Translations under genes and position numbers: made by a program
Notes under the pieces: model-generated
Told to the model about the DNA's origin: nothing
Databases searched by the model: none
What the model saw: the letters and a program-made list of their open reading frames with translations, nothing else
Shown: piece after piece, positions 1 to 9,446 of the stretch
Numbering within the stretch: position 1 is the stretch's first letter
Layout: each line of letters starts with the position of its first letter
Assembly (NCBI GenBank): GCA_039740895.1
Contig: JBCLGS010000002.1
Location: 258-64,257, forward strand
Length of the DNA stretch: 64,000 bases
Reading direction: 5' to 3'
DNA from: Parcubacteria group bacterium
Lineage (GTDB): Bacteria; Patescibacteriota; Minisyncoccia; Phycocordibacterales; DATDWN01

Positions 1-715
1 CTTCAACCAATTGTTTTAGAAGTTTATCTAAATCAATTTTCTTGAAAATATTGTAAATTGCCTCCGCACCAATTCCAGCTTCGAACATTGTTCCATACTT
101 CATTGAGAAGTTGTGGTACTCAATTTCATCAAAAACTTTTCCTTCTTGAATTGATTCGATTTCTCGTTTTGCTTTAAGAAGCATCTCCTTGATAGCATCC
201 TTTGTCTTTTCATCCTGAAGAGATTTAATTTTTGATTTATATTCTGAATCAAGATCCTTCAAATATCGGATTCTATCTTCCTCAGAAACTTTTGTAACGA
301 TATAACCAGCGAAGTAAATAACTTTTTCTAGGTCGCCAGTTGGAATACCCAAAACAAGACCGATTCTACTTGGCATTGATTTCAAGAACCAAATGTGTGA
401 GACAGGAGAAGCTAGTTCAATATGTCCCATTCTCTCTCGTCGAACAATTGACCTTGTAATTTCCACTCCACATTTTTCACAAACGATACCTTTGTACCTT
501 ATGCCTCGGTATTTTCCACAGTAACACTCGTAATCTTTATCTGGGCCGAAGATTTTCTCATCGAATAGACCAGATTTTTCACTTCTCTGTGTACGGTAGT
601 TGATTGTCTCTGGCTTTGTTATTTCACCAAATGACCATTCTCGAATGACTTCCGGCGAAGCGATTTTCAAAGCAATGGTCTCGAAGTCGTTAGAGTTTTG
701 TGTTTTTGTTTTCAT
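1..715 (-). CDS. rpoC: RNA polymerase beta' subunit, 5' part (runs off window)
   Basis: Manual translation from ATG at 715: [69 protein letters not shown]...CEKCGVE...[11 protein letters not shown]; follows rpoB. Confidence 0.97.
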   Translation of the reverse strand, partial: MKTKTQNSNDFETIALKIASPEVIREWSFGEITKPETINYRTQRSEKSGLFDEKIFGPDKDYECYCGKYRGIRYKGIVCEKCGVEITRSIVRRERMGHIELASPVSHIWFLKSMPSRIGLVLGIPTGDLEKVIYFAGYIVTKVSEEDRIRYLKDLDSEYKSKIKSLQDEKTKDAIKEMLLKAKREIESIQEGKVFDEIEYHNFSMKYGTMFEAGIGAEAIYNIFKKIDLDKLLKQLVE

Positions 716-721
716 AAGTGT

Positions 722-820
722 TTTAATTGTAAATTTCAAATTATAAATTATAAAACAATGATTTAATTTAAAATTATAAAATTATTTTGAAATTTGAAAT
801 TTATAATTTGTAATTATTTT
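722..820. repeat. AT-rich inverted array of ~7-bp units between rpoB and rpoC
   Basis: aaatttcaaattataaattataaa ... tttgaaatttgaaatttataatttgtaatt, arranged as an imperfect inverted repeat. Confidence 0.55.
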
Positions 821-821
821 A

Positions 822-3800
822 TTATCTTTCATCTCCCGCCTTTCTAATCTGAACATCCAATGCTAATCCTCGTAAATTGTTTAGTAACACATTAAATGAT
901 GCCGGTGTGTTCATTTCAGTAATTGGAAGACCTTTAACTATTGCGTCAAACGCTGCTGACCGTCCTGTGATATCGTCAGACTTAATAGTCAAAATTTCTT
1001 GCAATGTGTGAGCGGCTCCATGACCTAGAAGTGCCCAAACTTCCATTTCTCCAAATCTCTGTCCTCCTTTCTGTGCCTTTCCTCCAAGTGGCTGTTGAGT
1101 GATGAGAGAGTATGGTCCGGTTGAACGCATGTGAATCTTGTCTTCCACCATGTGGTGAAGCTTCATGATGTACATGTATCCAACAGAAATATCTCTTTCG
1201 AAAGCTTCTCCGGTGTGACCATCGTAAAGTTTCATTTTTCCATCTGGAGAAAATCCTGCTTTCTTCAATTCTTCTTTGATTTCATCTCCAGTAGCCCCTG
1301 CGAAGGGAGGAACAATAGCTTGATACCCTAGAGTGTGTGCGGCAAGGCCAAGGTGAAGTTCCAAAATCTGTCCCAAGTTCATACGCGATGGCACTCCAAG
1401 TGGTGTAAGAATAACATCAATAGGTGTACCGTCTGCCATGTATGGCATATCTTCTTCTGGAAGGATTCGAGAAATAACTCCTTTGTTTCCGTGTCGTCCA
1501 GCAAGCTTGTCCCCAACAGAGACATTTCTAAGCTCTGCTACTTCTATATATATAGTCTTGATGATACCTGACTCAAGTTTGTCTCCTTTCTCTCGAGAGA
1601 AAACTTTAACATTGATAACTCGACCTCTCTTTCCACCTTCCATTCTCTTTGATGTATCTTTGACATCGCGAGCTTTCTCACCGAATAATGACCTAAGTAG
1701 GCGCTCTTCAGGTGTAAGTTGTGTCTCACCCTTTGGTGTAATTTTTCCAACCAAGATATCTCCTGTTCGGACCTCTGCACCAATTCGGACTATACCGTCC
1801 TCTGCTAGATTTTTTAGTTTTCCTTCTCCAACATTTGGAATGTCACATGTTGTAACTTCAGGTCCAAGTTTTGTCTCTCGAACGTTCACTGTAAACTCCT
1901 CAATGTGGATTGATGTAAATTTACTATCCTTTACAACTCTTTCTGAAAGAATAATAGCGTCTTCATAGTTTGAACCATACCATGACATGAAAGCGACGAG
2001 CATATTTTGACCGATAGCTGACTGGCCATGTTCTGAAGCGGAAGTATCCGCTATAATGTCTCCGACTTTCACTTTGTCTCCTATATTAACTGATGGTCGC
2101 TGATTAAATATTGTAAATCCGTTTGTTCGTGAAAAATTAACAAATTTATATTCTGTTTCTTTTCCTTTTGAATTTTTTGTAACTGCTTTTGTACCATCAA
2201 CTGCTGTAACAACTCCTTCATCTGTAGCAATAACTAGTCTTCCTGTGTCCTTCAAAGCATCCTTCTCCATACCAGTAGCCACAAGTGGTGCTTCTGGAAT
2301 AATACAAGGTGTTGCTTGCTTCTGCATGTTTGAGGCCATCAACGCACGGCTTGCTTCATCGTGGTTTAGGAAAGGAATCATTGATGTAGCAATAGAAAAT
2401 GCTTGGTTTGTAGCTACATCTATATAATCAACTTTGTCTCTTGAAATTGTTTTAGGATCACCCTCGATTCTAACTTCAACTTCATCCACTGTAATCCTAC
2501 CGTCAACATCCACAGGAGTAGCGGCGTGAGCAATAGCAAAACCTTCTTCTTCAGAAGCGTTTAGGAAAACAATCTCGTCTGTGATTTTTCCATGTTTTAC
2601 TTTAGCATATGGAGTTTCAATCATTCCGAAATCATTTATTCGAGCATAAATAGCTAGACGCAACACAAGACCAATGTTTGGGCCTTCTGGTGTTTGAATG
2701 GGACAAAGTCTTCCGTAGTGAGATACGTGAACGTCACGAACTTCAAAACCTGCTCGAGATCGGTTCAAACCGCCGGGGCCAAGTGCGGATAACATCCTCA
2801 AATGTTCCATTTCGCAAAGCGGGTTGTACTGCTCCATAAATTGTGAAAGCTGATTGGTTGTGAAGAATTCTTTTATTCTTGCCTGAAGTGGTTTTGGTGA
2901 AATGAATTGAACTGGAAGAGTAACATCAGTGTCTATAGTAGACATCCTGTTCTGAATATTTCTCTTGATTTGTGCCATACCTTTTCGAATATTTTGTTGA
3001 AAAAGCTCCCCTACAAATCGAACTCGTCTTGAACCTAAGTGGTCAATATCATCCTCAACAGCATGAGGAGTATTGTTTAACATTGCGATATTACCAACGA
3101 TTGTAACTAAATCTGCAATAGAAAGTGTTTTTTGTTCAAGCTCTTTCTCTGACATGCTCTTATTAAATCTTTTGTTGAATCGGAAACGTCCAACACGAGA
3201 AAGGTCGTATCTTTCTTTATTAAATATTGAATTAACAAACTCTTTTGCGTTTTCTGCTGTGGCAAGGTCGCCATCTCGAAGTCTTTTGTGTATTTCTATA
3301 TATGCATCTTCAACTGTCTTTGCATGGTCCTTTAGAAGTGTTTTCTCAATTGCAGTCTTTGCAAACTCATCTTTATCAAACAATTTTATAATATCGGTAT
3401 CTTTGTGCGCTCCCAATACTCGAAGTAGTGTTGTACCAGCAAATTTTCGTTTTCTGTCGATTCGAACATAAATCACACCATTGACATCGGACTCTATTTC
3501 TACCCATGCTCCTCGTGAAGGGATAATCTTTGCACCAAAAAGCTTTCGTCCTTTAACTTCAGAAGCTGTGAAGAAAACTCCGTATGAACGAGCTAACTGA
3601 GGGACTATGATTCTCTCAATACCTGAAACAATGAAAGTTCCGTGGGAAGTCATAAGTGGAAAATCCGCCATAAAGATTTCCTGCTCCTTTTCTGTACCTA
3701 AAATTAGGTTCTTAAGCCTAACCTTAACCTTTAGTGATGCTTCGTATGTTAGTTTGTTTTCCTTAGCATGATATTCGTCATACTTTGGCTGTGCCAATTC

Positions 3801-4004
3801 AAATCCAGTGAAGTCCAATTGAAACTTCTTCTCAGAATAATCCTTTATTGATGAGAATTCACTGAAAACCTCCTTGATACCCTTTTCAATAAGCCATTTG
3901 AAAGAGTTCAATTGTGGCTCAACGAAGTTGGGGGTTGGAATAAGTGGCTTTCTAAAACGACCGAAAAATTTCTGTGGACGAGCAGACGTTATGTTTTTTG
4001 ACAT
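822..4004 (-). CDS. rpoB: RNA polymerase beta subunit
   Basis: Motifs GDKLAGRHGNKG, GGQRFGEMEVWAL, HYGRLCPIQTPEGPNIG. Confidence 0.99.
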   Translation of the reverse strand: MSKNITSARPQKFFGRFRKPLIPTPNFVEPQLNSFKWLIEKGIKEVFSEFSSIKDYSEKKFQLDFTGFELAQPKYDEYHAKENKLTYEASLKVKVRLKNLILGTEKEQEIFMADFPLMTSHGTFIVSGIERIIVPQLARSYGVFFTASEVKGRKLFGAKIIPSRGAWVEIESDVNGVIYVRIDRKRKFAGTTLLRVLGAHKDTDIIKLFDKDEFAKTAIEKTLLKDHAKTVEDAYIEIHKRLRDGDLATAENAKEFVNSIFNKERYDLSRVGRFRFNKRFNKSMSEKELEQKTLSIADLVTIVGNIAMLNNTPHAVEDDIDHLGSRRVRFVGELFQQNIRKGMAQIKRNIQNRMSTIDTDVTLPVQFISPKPLQARIKEFFTTNQLSQFMEQYNPLCEMEHLRMLSALGPGGLNRSRAGFEVRDVHVSHYGRLCPIQTPEGPNIGLVLRLAIYARINDFGMIETPYAKVKHGKITDEIVFLNASEEEGFAIAHAATPVDVDGRITVDEVEVRIEGDPKTISRDKVDYIDVATNQAFSIATSMIPFLNHDEASRALMASNMQKQATPCIIPEAPLVATGMEKDALKDTGRLVIATDEGVVTAVDGTKAVTKNSKGKETEYKFVNFSRTNGFTIFNQRPSVNIGDKVKVGDIIADTSASEHGQSAIGQNMLVAFMSWYGSNYEDAIILSERVVKDSKFTSIHIEEFTVNVRETKLGPEVTTCDIPNVGEGKLKNLAEDGIVRIGAEVRTGDILVGKITPKGETQLTPEERLLRSLFGEKARDVKDTSKRMEGGKRGRVINVKVFSREKGDKLESGIIKTIYIEVAELRNVSVGDKLAGRHGNKGVISRILPEEDMPYMADGTPIDVILTPLGVPSRMNLGQILELHLGLAAHTLGYQAIVPPFAGATGDEIKEELKKAGFSPDGKMKLYDGHTGEAFERDISVGYMYIMKLHHMVEDKIHMRSTGPYSLITQQPLGGKAQKGGQRFGEMEVWALLGHGAAHTLQEILTIKSDDITGRSAAFDAIVKGLPITEMNTPASFNVLLNNLRGLALDVQIRKAGDER

Positions 4005-4429
4005 ATATATTATAGTATTAAAATTTGAAACTTCAATCGTGAATAATAAAAAACCTAATAATGGAGTCCCTAAATCTATTTTTATACAAACAAAAAGTGA
4101 CTCCCTAAGAGCTTATTTTTTATTTACACAATTTTTTTAGCGATAGTTTCGCAAAATAGTTTTAGAGAACCAATAACCTTGTAATTCCCTTCTCTTTCGG
4201 TCGCAACTCAATCTATCGAAGATAAGAGTCAGCATACTCCCTATTCTCTAATCCGTCAACCCCCAAATAGGCAAATAGTTGTCAAGCACCGCTTGTGTAT
4301 ATCTTTTTTACCAATATATGGCTATAAATATAGCTTATATCGAAGTTAAAAGTCTATATTTTGTAAAGTAAAGTCAAGACACTTATCCACAGCTATCCCC
4401 TGAGAGCCTAATTGTGGTAGAATAAAAGT

Positions 4430-4591
4430 ATGGAAATAATCTTCGGAATACTAGCATTTATTTGGATGATAATAGGTTCTATAATTAAGTTTATTATCTA
4501 TATTGCTTACTTCTTTCCTCTAATAGGGGCACGGATTTTAGAATGGGCTAACTTATGGCCGACTACATGGCCATTCGGAATTATTTTATAA
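4430..4591 (+). CDS. small hydrophobic membrane protein (53 aa)
   Basis: MEIIFGILAFIWMIIGSIIKFIIYIAYFFPLIGARILEWANLWPTTWPFGIIL; TGGTAGAAT extended -10-like box just upstream. Confidence 0.5.
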   Translation: MEIIFGILAFIWMIIGSIIKFIIYIAYFFPLIGARILEWANLWPTTWPFGIIL

Positions 4592-4712
4592 AAGTTTATT
4601 GCTTATTTTTCTTTCTGCTATTACCCCATATGTGTATTTTAACATTATTTAATAAATAATTGCAAAACCTAACCAGTATCACACTCTTCTCTTTCCTTGT
4701 GGATAACTCACT

Positions 4713-4797
4713 TTGACATTTTATTACTAACTTGCTAATATAATTAAATTATGGCTTCGGCCTCCGAGAAAATCCGCTTTATGCGGGTTTTCGTTTT
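4713..4797 (+). ncRNA. candidate small RNA with its own sigma70 promoter, convergent to pemK 3' end
   Basis: TTGACA(4713)-N17-TAATAT(4736) with TG extension, then ggc-TTCG-gcc hairpin and gaaaatccgc/gcgggttttc terminator followed by T's. Confidence 0.5.
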
Positions 4798-5185
4798 ATT
4801 GAGGGAAAAATTCCAAAACTCCTCTGATTATAGATTTAAAATCATCATTTGAGATTGTTCCAACCTTTCTTACAAATCTCTTCGTACTAACAGTTCTAAT
4901 CTGGGTCAAAACAACAAAATATTCATTTTTATCGAAAATAAATTTATAATGAAACTTGTCACTTTTCATCTTAGAAGTTATAGGTAAAACCCAAGTCATT
5001 TGTTTGTTAAACTTTCTCAAGACTAAAGCTGTTCTCTCATATTGATTATTTTTACCATCAATCTCAATTCCGATATTTAACCCGAGTGACATCCACCAAA
5101 TTTCTCTTTCATTAACTCCCAAATTATCAGATTTTTTATCTATTATTTTCTTTAACTTATTCCAACTATCAAAATCTTTTTCCAT
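4796..5185 (-). CDS. PemK/MazF-family toxin
   Basis: EIWWMSLGLNIGIEIDGK...R.ALVL...VLPITS...LTQIRTVSTKRF pattern. Confidence 0.85.
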   Translation of the reverse strand: MEKDFDSWNKLKKIIDKKSDNLGVNEREIWWMSLGLNIGIEIDGKNNQYERTALVLRKFNKQMTWVLPITSKMKSDKFHYKFIFDKNEYFVVLTQIRTVSTKRFVRKVGTISNDDFKSIIRGVLEFFPQ

Positions 5186-5200
5186 TATAGTTAAACAATT

Positions 5201-5776
5201 TTAATACTTCCGTATGACCCCTTTGACGATTGCTGCGACGCGAAGTTCATATTGAGGGTAAATGGGTCGGTAATTTTTATTTGCTGGTAATAAATAAACT
5301 TTACCGTCTTTTTTCTTGTAGTATTTCATAGTCCAGCCCCCATCCACTTCGGCAATAACAATGTCACCGTCTTTTGGTTCTCCTTTTCTTTCTGCCACAA
5401 CTAAATCTCCTTCTTTAATTCCTTCATCAATCATTGAATCTCCTTTAACCTCCAATAGGTATGTGGAATCTTTATATCGTATTAAATAATCATCAATATT
5501 TATCATATTTAAAGTCTCTTCTTCTGCCAGTGTAGGAAACCCTGCTTCTACAAGACCGAGAAGTGGGATTTCTCCCATTAGTCTCTTCGGCGTAAGCTTT
5601 CCTCGCGAGTCTTTGTCTACCGTTCCGTCATCAACTAATTTATTTATGAGTTTGTAAACAGCATTTTTAGACTTGAAGTCGACAAGGTCCATGATTTCCT
5701 TGTAGCCAGGCATTCTTTTATTACTTTTATAGAAAGCAATAATTTTATTTTTTTGTCGTAAAAAATTATTTTCCAT
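5201..5776 (-). CDS. lexA: LexA-family repressor (HTH + S24 peptidase)
   Basis: Cleavage site VEAGFP, catalytic GDSM and TMKY, N-terminal wHTH. Confidence 0.88.
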   Translation of the reverse strand: MENNFLRQKNKIIAFYKSNKRMPGYKEIMDLVDFKSKNAVYKLINKLVDDGTVDKDSRGKLTPKRLMGEIPLLGLVEAGFPTLAEEETLNMINIDDYLIRYKDSTYLLEVKGDSMIDEGIKEGDLVVAERKGEPKDGDIVIAEVDGGWTMKYYKKKDGKVYLLPANKNYRPIYPQYELRVAAIVKGVIRKY

Positions 5777-5781
5777 AGTAT

Positions 5782-6003
5782 TTAAAATATAAAAACATTA
5801 GAAAGACTAAGTGGTCGACCAAACCACCCAGAGTTTACTTCACGATTTATCTCGTTATCCAAACCTTTGAGACTACAAAGAATAAATTTATGTCTTTTGG
5901 CCTCCCGAATATATGAGAGACCCTTAATGATTTTCTCATCAATCTGATCATTTAAAACTTCTAACTCACTTCTCAATGTTTTTTCTAAATTTTGTTTACT
6001 CAT
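5782..6003 (-). CDS. hypothetical protein, first gene of lexA operon
   Basis: 73-aa ORF directly after the promoter, 5 bp before lexA. Confidence 0.65.
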   Translation of the reverse strand: MSKQNLEKTLRSELEVLNDQIDEKIIKGLSYIREAKRHKFILCSLKGLDNEINREVNSGWFGRPLSLSNVFIF

Positions 6004-6031
6004 GGTTTTTTGCTGTTATTTATATATAGAT

Positions 6032-6060
6032 AGTATAAGTGAACCCAAGTTCACTGTCAA
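6032..6060 (-). promoter_or_regulatory. sigma70 promoter with SOS-box-like operator
   Basis: Minus strand TTGACA-N17-TATACT; the spacer contains the palindrome agtGAACccaaGTTCact (GAAC-N4-GTTC). Confidence 0.8.
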
Positions 6061-6069
6061 GAAAATACT

Positions 6070-6167
6070 GTGGATAAGGGAAACGAAGTGGATAAGGGAA
6101 ACGAAGTGGACACTTATGCATCAAGTACTCTTGAGGCCACTTATGCCTGAAGTAAACTTCAGGCCAG
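6070..6167 (+). repeat. modular repeat (2x18-bp unit plus 27-bp hairpin units), also present in frame in rpsP
   Basis: 6072-6146 is the exact reverse complement of 16403-16477 (75 bp). Confidence 0.9.
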
Positions 6168-6238
6168 CGAATATAGAAAACAAAAAATCACCTCTCGCAA
6201 GCCCTGTGGTGATTTATTGTTGTCTTACCTAGCTATAT

Positions 6239-6295
6239 TTACTTAACCTTCTTTGGTTTCTTCTTCTCTTTTTTGTGTCCGTCTCCCTTTGCCAT
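6239..6295 (-). CDS. very small basic peptide MAKGDGHKKEKKKPKKVK
   Basis: 18-aa Lys-rich ORF followed by a terminator-like hairpin (6182-6214). Confidence 0.35.
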   Translation of the reverse strand: MAKGDGHKKEKKKPKKVK

Positions 6296-6361
6296 ATATT
6301 TGTTTGATTAAAATTTATAATTGCACACTAATAAACGAGCATGGATTAATTATATCATCAT

Positions 6362-8038
6362 TTATGATTCAAGAAAAAGTCTAGCCAGTCGTATTTTCAA
6401 ATAACTTGGTTTCTTTTTTTGTTTCTGCAAAATATTATAAACTGGTGACAAAGTTTTTGTTCCTGCTTTTTCAAATGCTGACAAAATATCATCTAGCTCT
6501 GAACGCTTAAACTCACGACGAAGATATGCGAAGTCTGGACACTTGTCTTTTTCATCTTCTAGGATTTTTTCAATATGAGAAACAATTGTTTCTTGTTTCA
6601 ATCCCCTAACTTCAGCGAGTTTCTCAAGTGGCACTTCCAGCCTAAGCATATCTGCTGTAATCTGCTCTGTTGTTTTCTTCAAAAGTTTTTCTTTCTTTTT
6701 TATTTTAACTTTTTCTTCTGGCTCTATTGATTTCAAATATTTTTCTTGTTTTTCACGAAGCTCTGTTTTTAGTATTTCTTTTAATTTTTCCACGGCCTCT
6801 TGTGACATTTTCTGAAACTCTTTGTCATATTCCAAAACCTCTCCGTCCACTTGAAGTGACATATCATTAAACCCCAAAAGTTTCATTCCGTTCAGAGAAC
6901 GAACACGAGATAAAGCCACATATCCCATTCCTTTTACAAACGACTTGGACAAATCCACCTCCATAGCGTCCAGTGACATTCCTTGACTCTTGTGCACGGT
7001 AATAGCCCAGGCTAAGCGAAGCGGAAACTGCGTAATCTCAGCCTTCACTTTTCCATCTTCTTCTATCTGCCATGACTCATGTCTCGCATATATAGTCTTG
7101 CCATTTGTGGTGACTATGACGGGGTCACCGTATGCATTAAAACTATCTACTACTCCGAGCGTTCCGTTCACATATTCACCTTCTTTATCATTTTTGGTAA
7201 ACATCACGCGTGCTCCGATTTTTAAAACTAATTTCTCAGGTGACAAGCAACTTTTTTTCAGTGCTTCAATAATAAAACTTGAACCTCGTGAGGTCATCTC
7301 AAATTGATTTATATCCCCAGGAATTAAATCTAAGTGTCTGCGGTTAATGACATCCACATCTATATTGTGAGTGTGAAGCTTTGTCGGCTTTGCCCCGGAC
7401 TCCGGCTCTTTATTAAATCTAGTTTTTAAAAGTTCAATGGTTTCCTTCGTAACTTTATTCTCGCGAATCTGATTTAATATCGTGAGATATATGTCATCTT
7501 TCTGACGATGTTGTTCGGACAAATGACAAATAGTGAGCTTTGAGTTCTGCCATGAGTCTGCTTTGAAAGCAAATTCACTCTCTGAAATATCGCCTCGCGT
7601 AACAGGTGGGAGTTGAAAAAAATCCCCAGAAAGAATAACTTGCATTCCACCAAAAGGTTTTTCATTTCGTTTGAACTGTCTGCAAATCCATTCAATGAGG
7701 TCCAGTCGGTAATGGTGAAGCATTGAAACTTCGTCAATTATCAAAACTTTTGTTTTTTCAAAACGCTTGTAGAGATACTGTTTCTCCATCATATTTTCAA
7801 TATCATAATCCGTCAGAACATCTCTGATACCGAGCCCAGACCATGAGTGAATAGTCTGACCACCAAGGTGCGTTGCGGCAATACCAGTGGACGCTGTTAC
7901 GGCTACATCCACAGCATTTGATTTCAGATATTTTATATACTCATTTAAGACATGAGTTTTTCCGCTCCCAGCAGGTCCTGTAAGAAAAACATTTTTACCC
8001 AGTTTTAATATATCGAGTGCTTCGCTTTGTAACATCAC
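6362..8038 (-). CDS. PIF1/RecD-like SF1B helicase with C-terminal HTH
   Basis: GPAGSGKT, IIDEVSM, GDFFQLPPV, AWAITVHKSQGMSLD, YVALSR. Confidence 0.9.
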   Translation of the reverse strand: MMLQSEALDILKLGKNVFLTGPAGSGKTHVLNEYIKYLKSNAVDVAVTASTGIAATHLGGQTIHSWSGLGIRDVLTDYDIENMMEKQYLYKRFEKTKVLIIDEVSMLHHYRLDLIEWICRQFKRNEKPFGGMQVILSGDFFQLPPVTRGDISESEFAFKADSWQNSKLTICHLSEQHRQKDDIYLTILNQIRENKVTKETIELLKTRFNKEPESGAKPTKLHTHNIDVDVINRRHLDLIPGDINQFEMTSRGSSFIIEALKKSCLSPEKLVLKIGARVMFTKNDKEGEYVNGTLGVVDSFNAYGDPVIVTTNGKTIYARHESWQIEEDGKVKAEITQFPLRLAWAITVHKSQGMSLDAMEVDLSKSFVKGMGYVALSRVRSLNGMKLLGFNDMSLQVDGEVLEYDKEFQKMSQEAVEKLKEILKTELREKQEKYLKSIEPEEKVKIKKKEKLLKKTTEQITADMLRLEVPLEKLAEVRGLKQETIVSHIEKILEDEKDKCPDFAYLRREFKRSELDDILSAFEKAGTKTLSPVYNILQKQKKKPSYLKIRLARLFLES

Positions 8039-8074
8039 CCCATTGTACCAGCTCTGTACCTAAATGGACAAATA
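7616..8074. repeat. 459-bp direct repeat, copy 1 (helicase 5' end plus upstream)
   Basis: Matches 11681-12139, apparently identical by eye. Confidence 0.93.
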
Positions 8075-8170
8075 AATACTTTGTACAGATTTAATATATG
8101 GTATACATACCTAGCCGACATCTGTTATTAAAGCTCTTCCTATGGAGATATTTTAGAACAATTACTTTTA

Positions 8171-8210
8171 AAATCAAAGGTACCTGACACCGATTCCTGA
8201 CACCGATTCT
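8171..8210. repeat. aaatcaaaggtacctgacacc motif
   Basis: The same 21-mer occurs at ~19311-19331; here it is followed by a tandem cctgacaccgatt. Confidence 0.7.
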
Positions 8211-8219
8211 CACATAAGT

Positions 8220-9446
8220 TTATACAAGCGGATATTCTCCTTCAAGAAGTTTGTTCGTCACTTCACGCAATTTACTAAGTTTTTCTTTTACAATTTTTTG
8301 TACTATCTTTATATCAATAGATTTTACAGAATTTATGACGACAAATGCTGGATCATCAAGGGGACGATCAATTTCGCTTATCATAAAAACTTCACATGGA
8401 ACTTTTTGCTGTTCAAATATTTGTTGCGCGATATCCCAGGCTGCAACGGAATAAATCTTACCGGCATGATACGATGGATTTTTTCCACTTAATCCTTCAA
8501 TACTGAATGGTCTGCATGAAGAAATAACTCCGCCCAATCTATTCCCTCTGCTAACTTGTCCCTCGTCACCAGATTCAATGCATGATCCAGTGAAGCGGAG
8601 GTACAACATTTCCTTATCGGTGTTATCTCCCGGATTGAGGGTAACTAAGACATTTTTAAATTGAGACCCATCGATTATCTTGTTGATAATGGTGAGAGTT
8701 ACATTGTAATTTTCTTTATATTCAAAAATAGAATGTACATGTGTCGAAAGCTGCGGGATTGAGATGATTAAATTAATCTCTTCTTTTATGCGACAAGCCA
8801 TTATTTTACAATCGGATCCCATCCATGGATATTTCACCCACATATCATCGGAAGTTAAGGTTTTTTCAATATCAAGTACAAGTTTTTCAAGTGGAGTAAA
8901 CGGTGCCCACGCACAACCTACTGCAGTATCATTTGATATCGGATTTGATGACTCCGGCAAATCTTTCAAACTCCGAGGATGAAATCTATGGTGTATTGCC
9001 GAAGTACCACCATTTGCACCATCTATCATTCCACGTGTACTATTTGATGTATTTTCCCACATCACCCGACAATCAGTCAGAAAATTGAAATTTCTTAATT
9101 CCTTTTCTAAAAACTTAGTGGCAGTATTGATAAGCAAATCTCGAAAGTCAATATTTTCATCTCCAATTTTTGGAGTGGCTCTGCCGTTAATGAGAAGTCG
9201 AATCGGTGATCTGAAATTGCCTCCTCCAAATCTTATGTCGCATTTTCCACCCATAAGCGAGAGTTTATCAAACTGATGTCGCAATATTGCTCCATATTTG
9301 TCGCGAGTGAATTTACTGTATGTACGAGAAAAAAGTTCAGCTAACCGATCAGAAAGCGTATCAGGATGTCCACGACCTTTCCGCTCCACAATTTCAAAAT
9401 CATTATCTGCTGGATTTTTTATGTTATAAGTTATATTTACTTTCAT
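8220..9446 (-). CDS. archaeal-type methionine adenosyltransferase (SAM synthetase)
   Basis: EIVERKGRGHPDTLSD, SNDTAVG, ESGDEGQVSRGNR, SGKNPSYHAGKIY. Confidence 0.85.
   Translation of the reverse strand: MKVNITYNIKNPADNDFEIVERKGRGHPDTLSDRLAELFSRTYSKFTRDKYGAILRHQFDKLSLMGGKCDIRFGGGNFRSPIRLLINGRATPKIGDENIDFRDLLINTATKFLEKELRNFNFLTDCRVMWENTSNSTRGMIDGANGGTSAIHHRFHPRSLKDLPESSNPISNDTAVGCAWAPFTPLEKLVLDIEKTLTSDDMWVKYPWMGSDCKIMACRIKEEINLIISIPQLSTHVHSIFEYKENYNVTLTIINKIIDGSQFKNVLVTLNPGDNTDKEMLYLRFTGSCIESGDEGQVSRGNRLGGVISSCRPFSIEGLSGKNPSYHAGKIYSVAAWDIAQQIFEQQKVPCEVFMISEIDRPLDDPAFVVINSVKSIDIKIVQKIVKEKLSKLREVTNKLLEGEYPLV

Noticed and set aside
4383-4706. oriC suggested by DnaA boxes (4383, 4698; also 6069, 13676, 46903)
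   Set aside because: Boxes are few and scattered over several spacers, with no dnaA/dnaN and no cluster.
6070-6167. Possible CRISPR array
   Set aside because: Units are tandem with no unique spacers, and there are no cas genes in the window.
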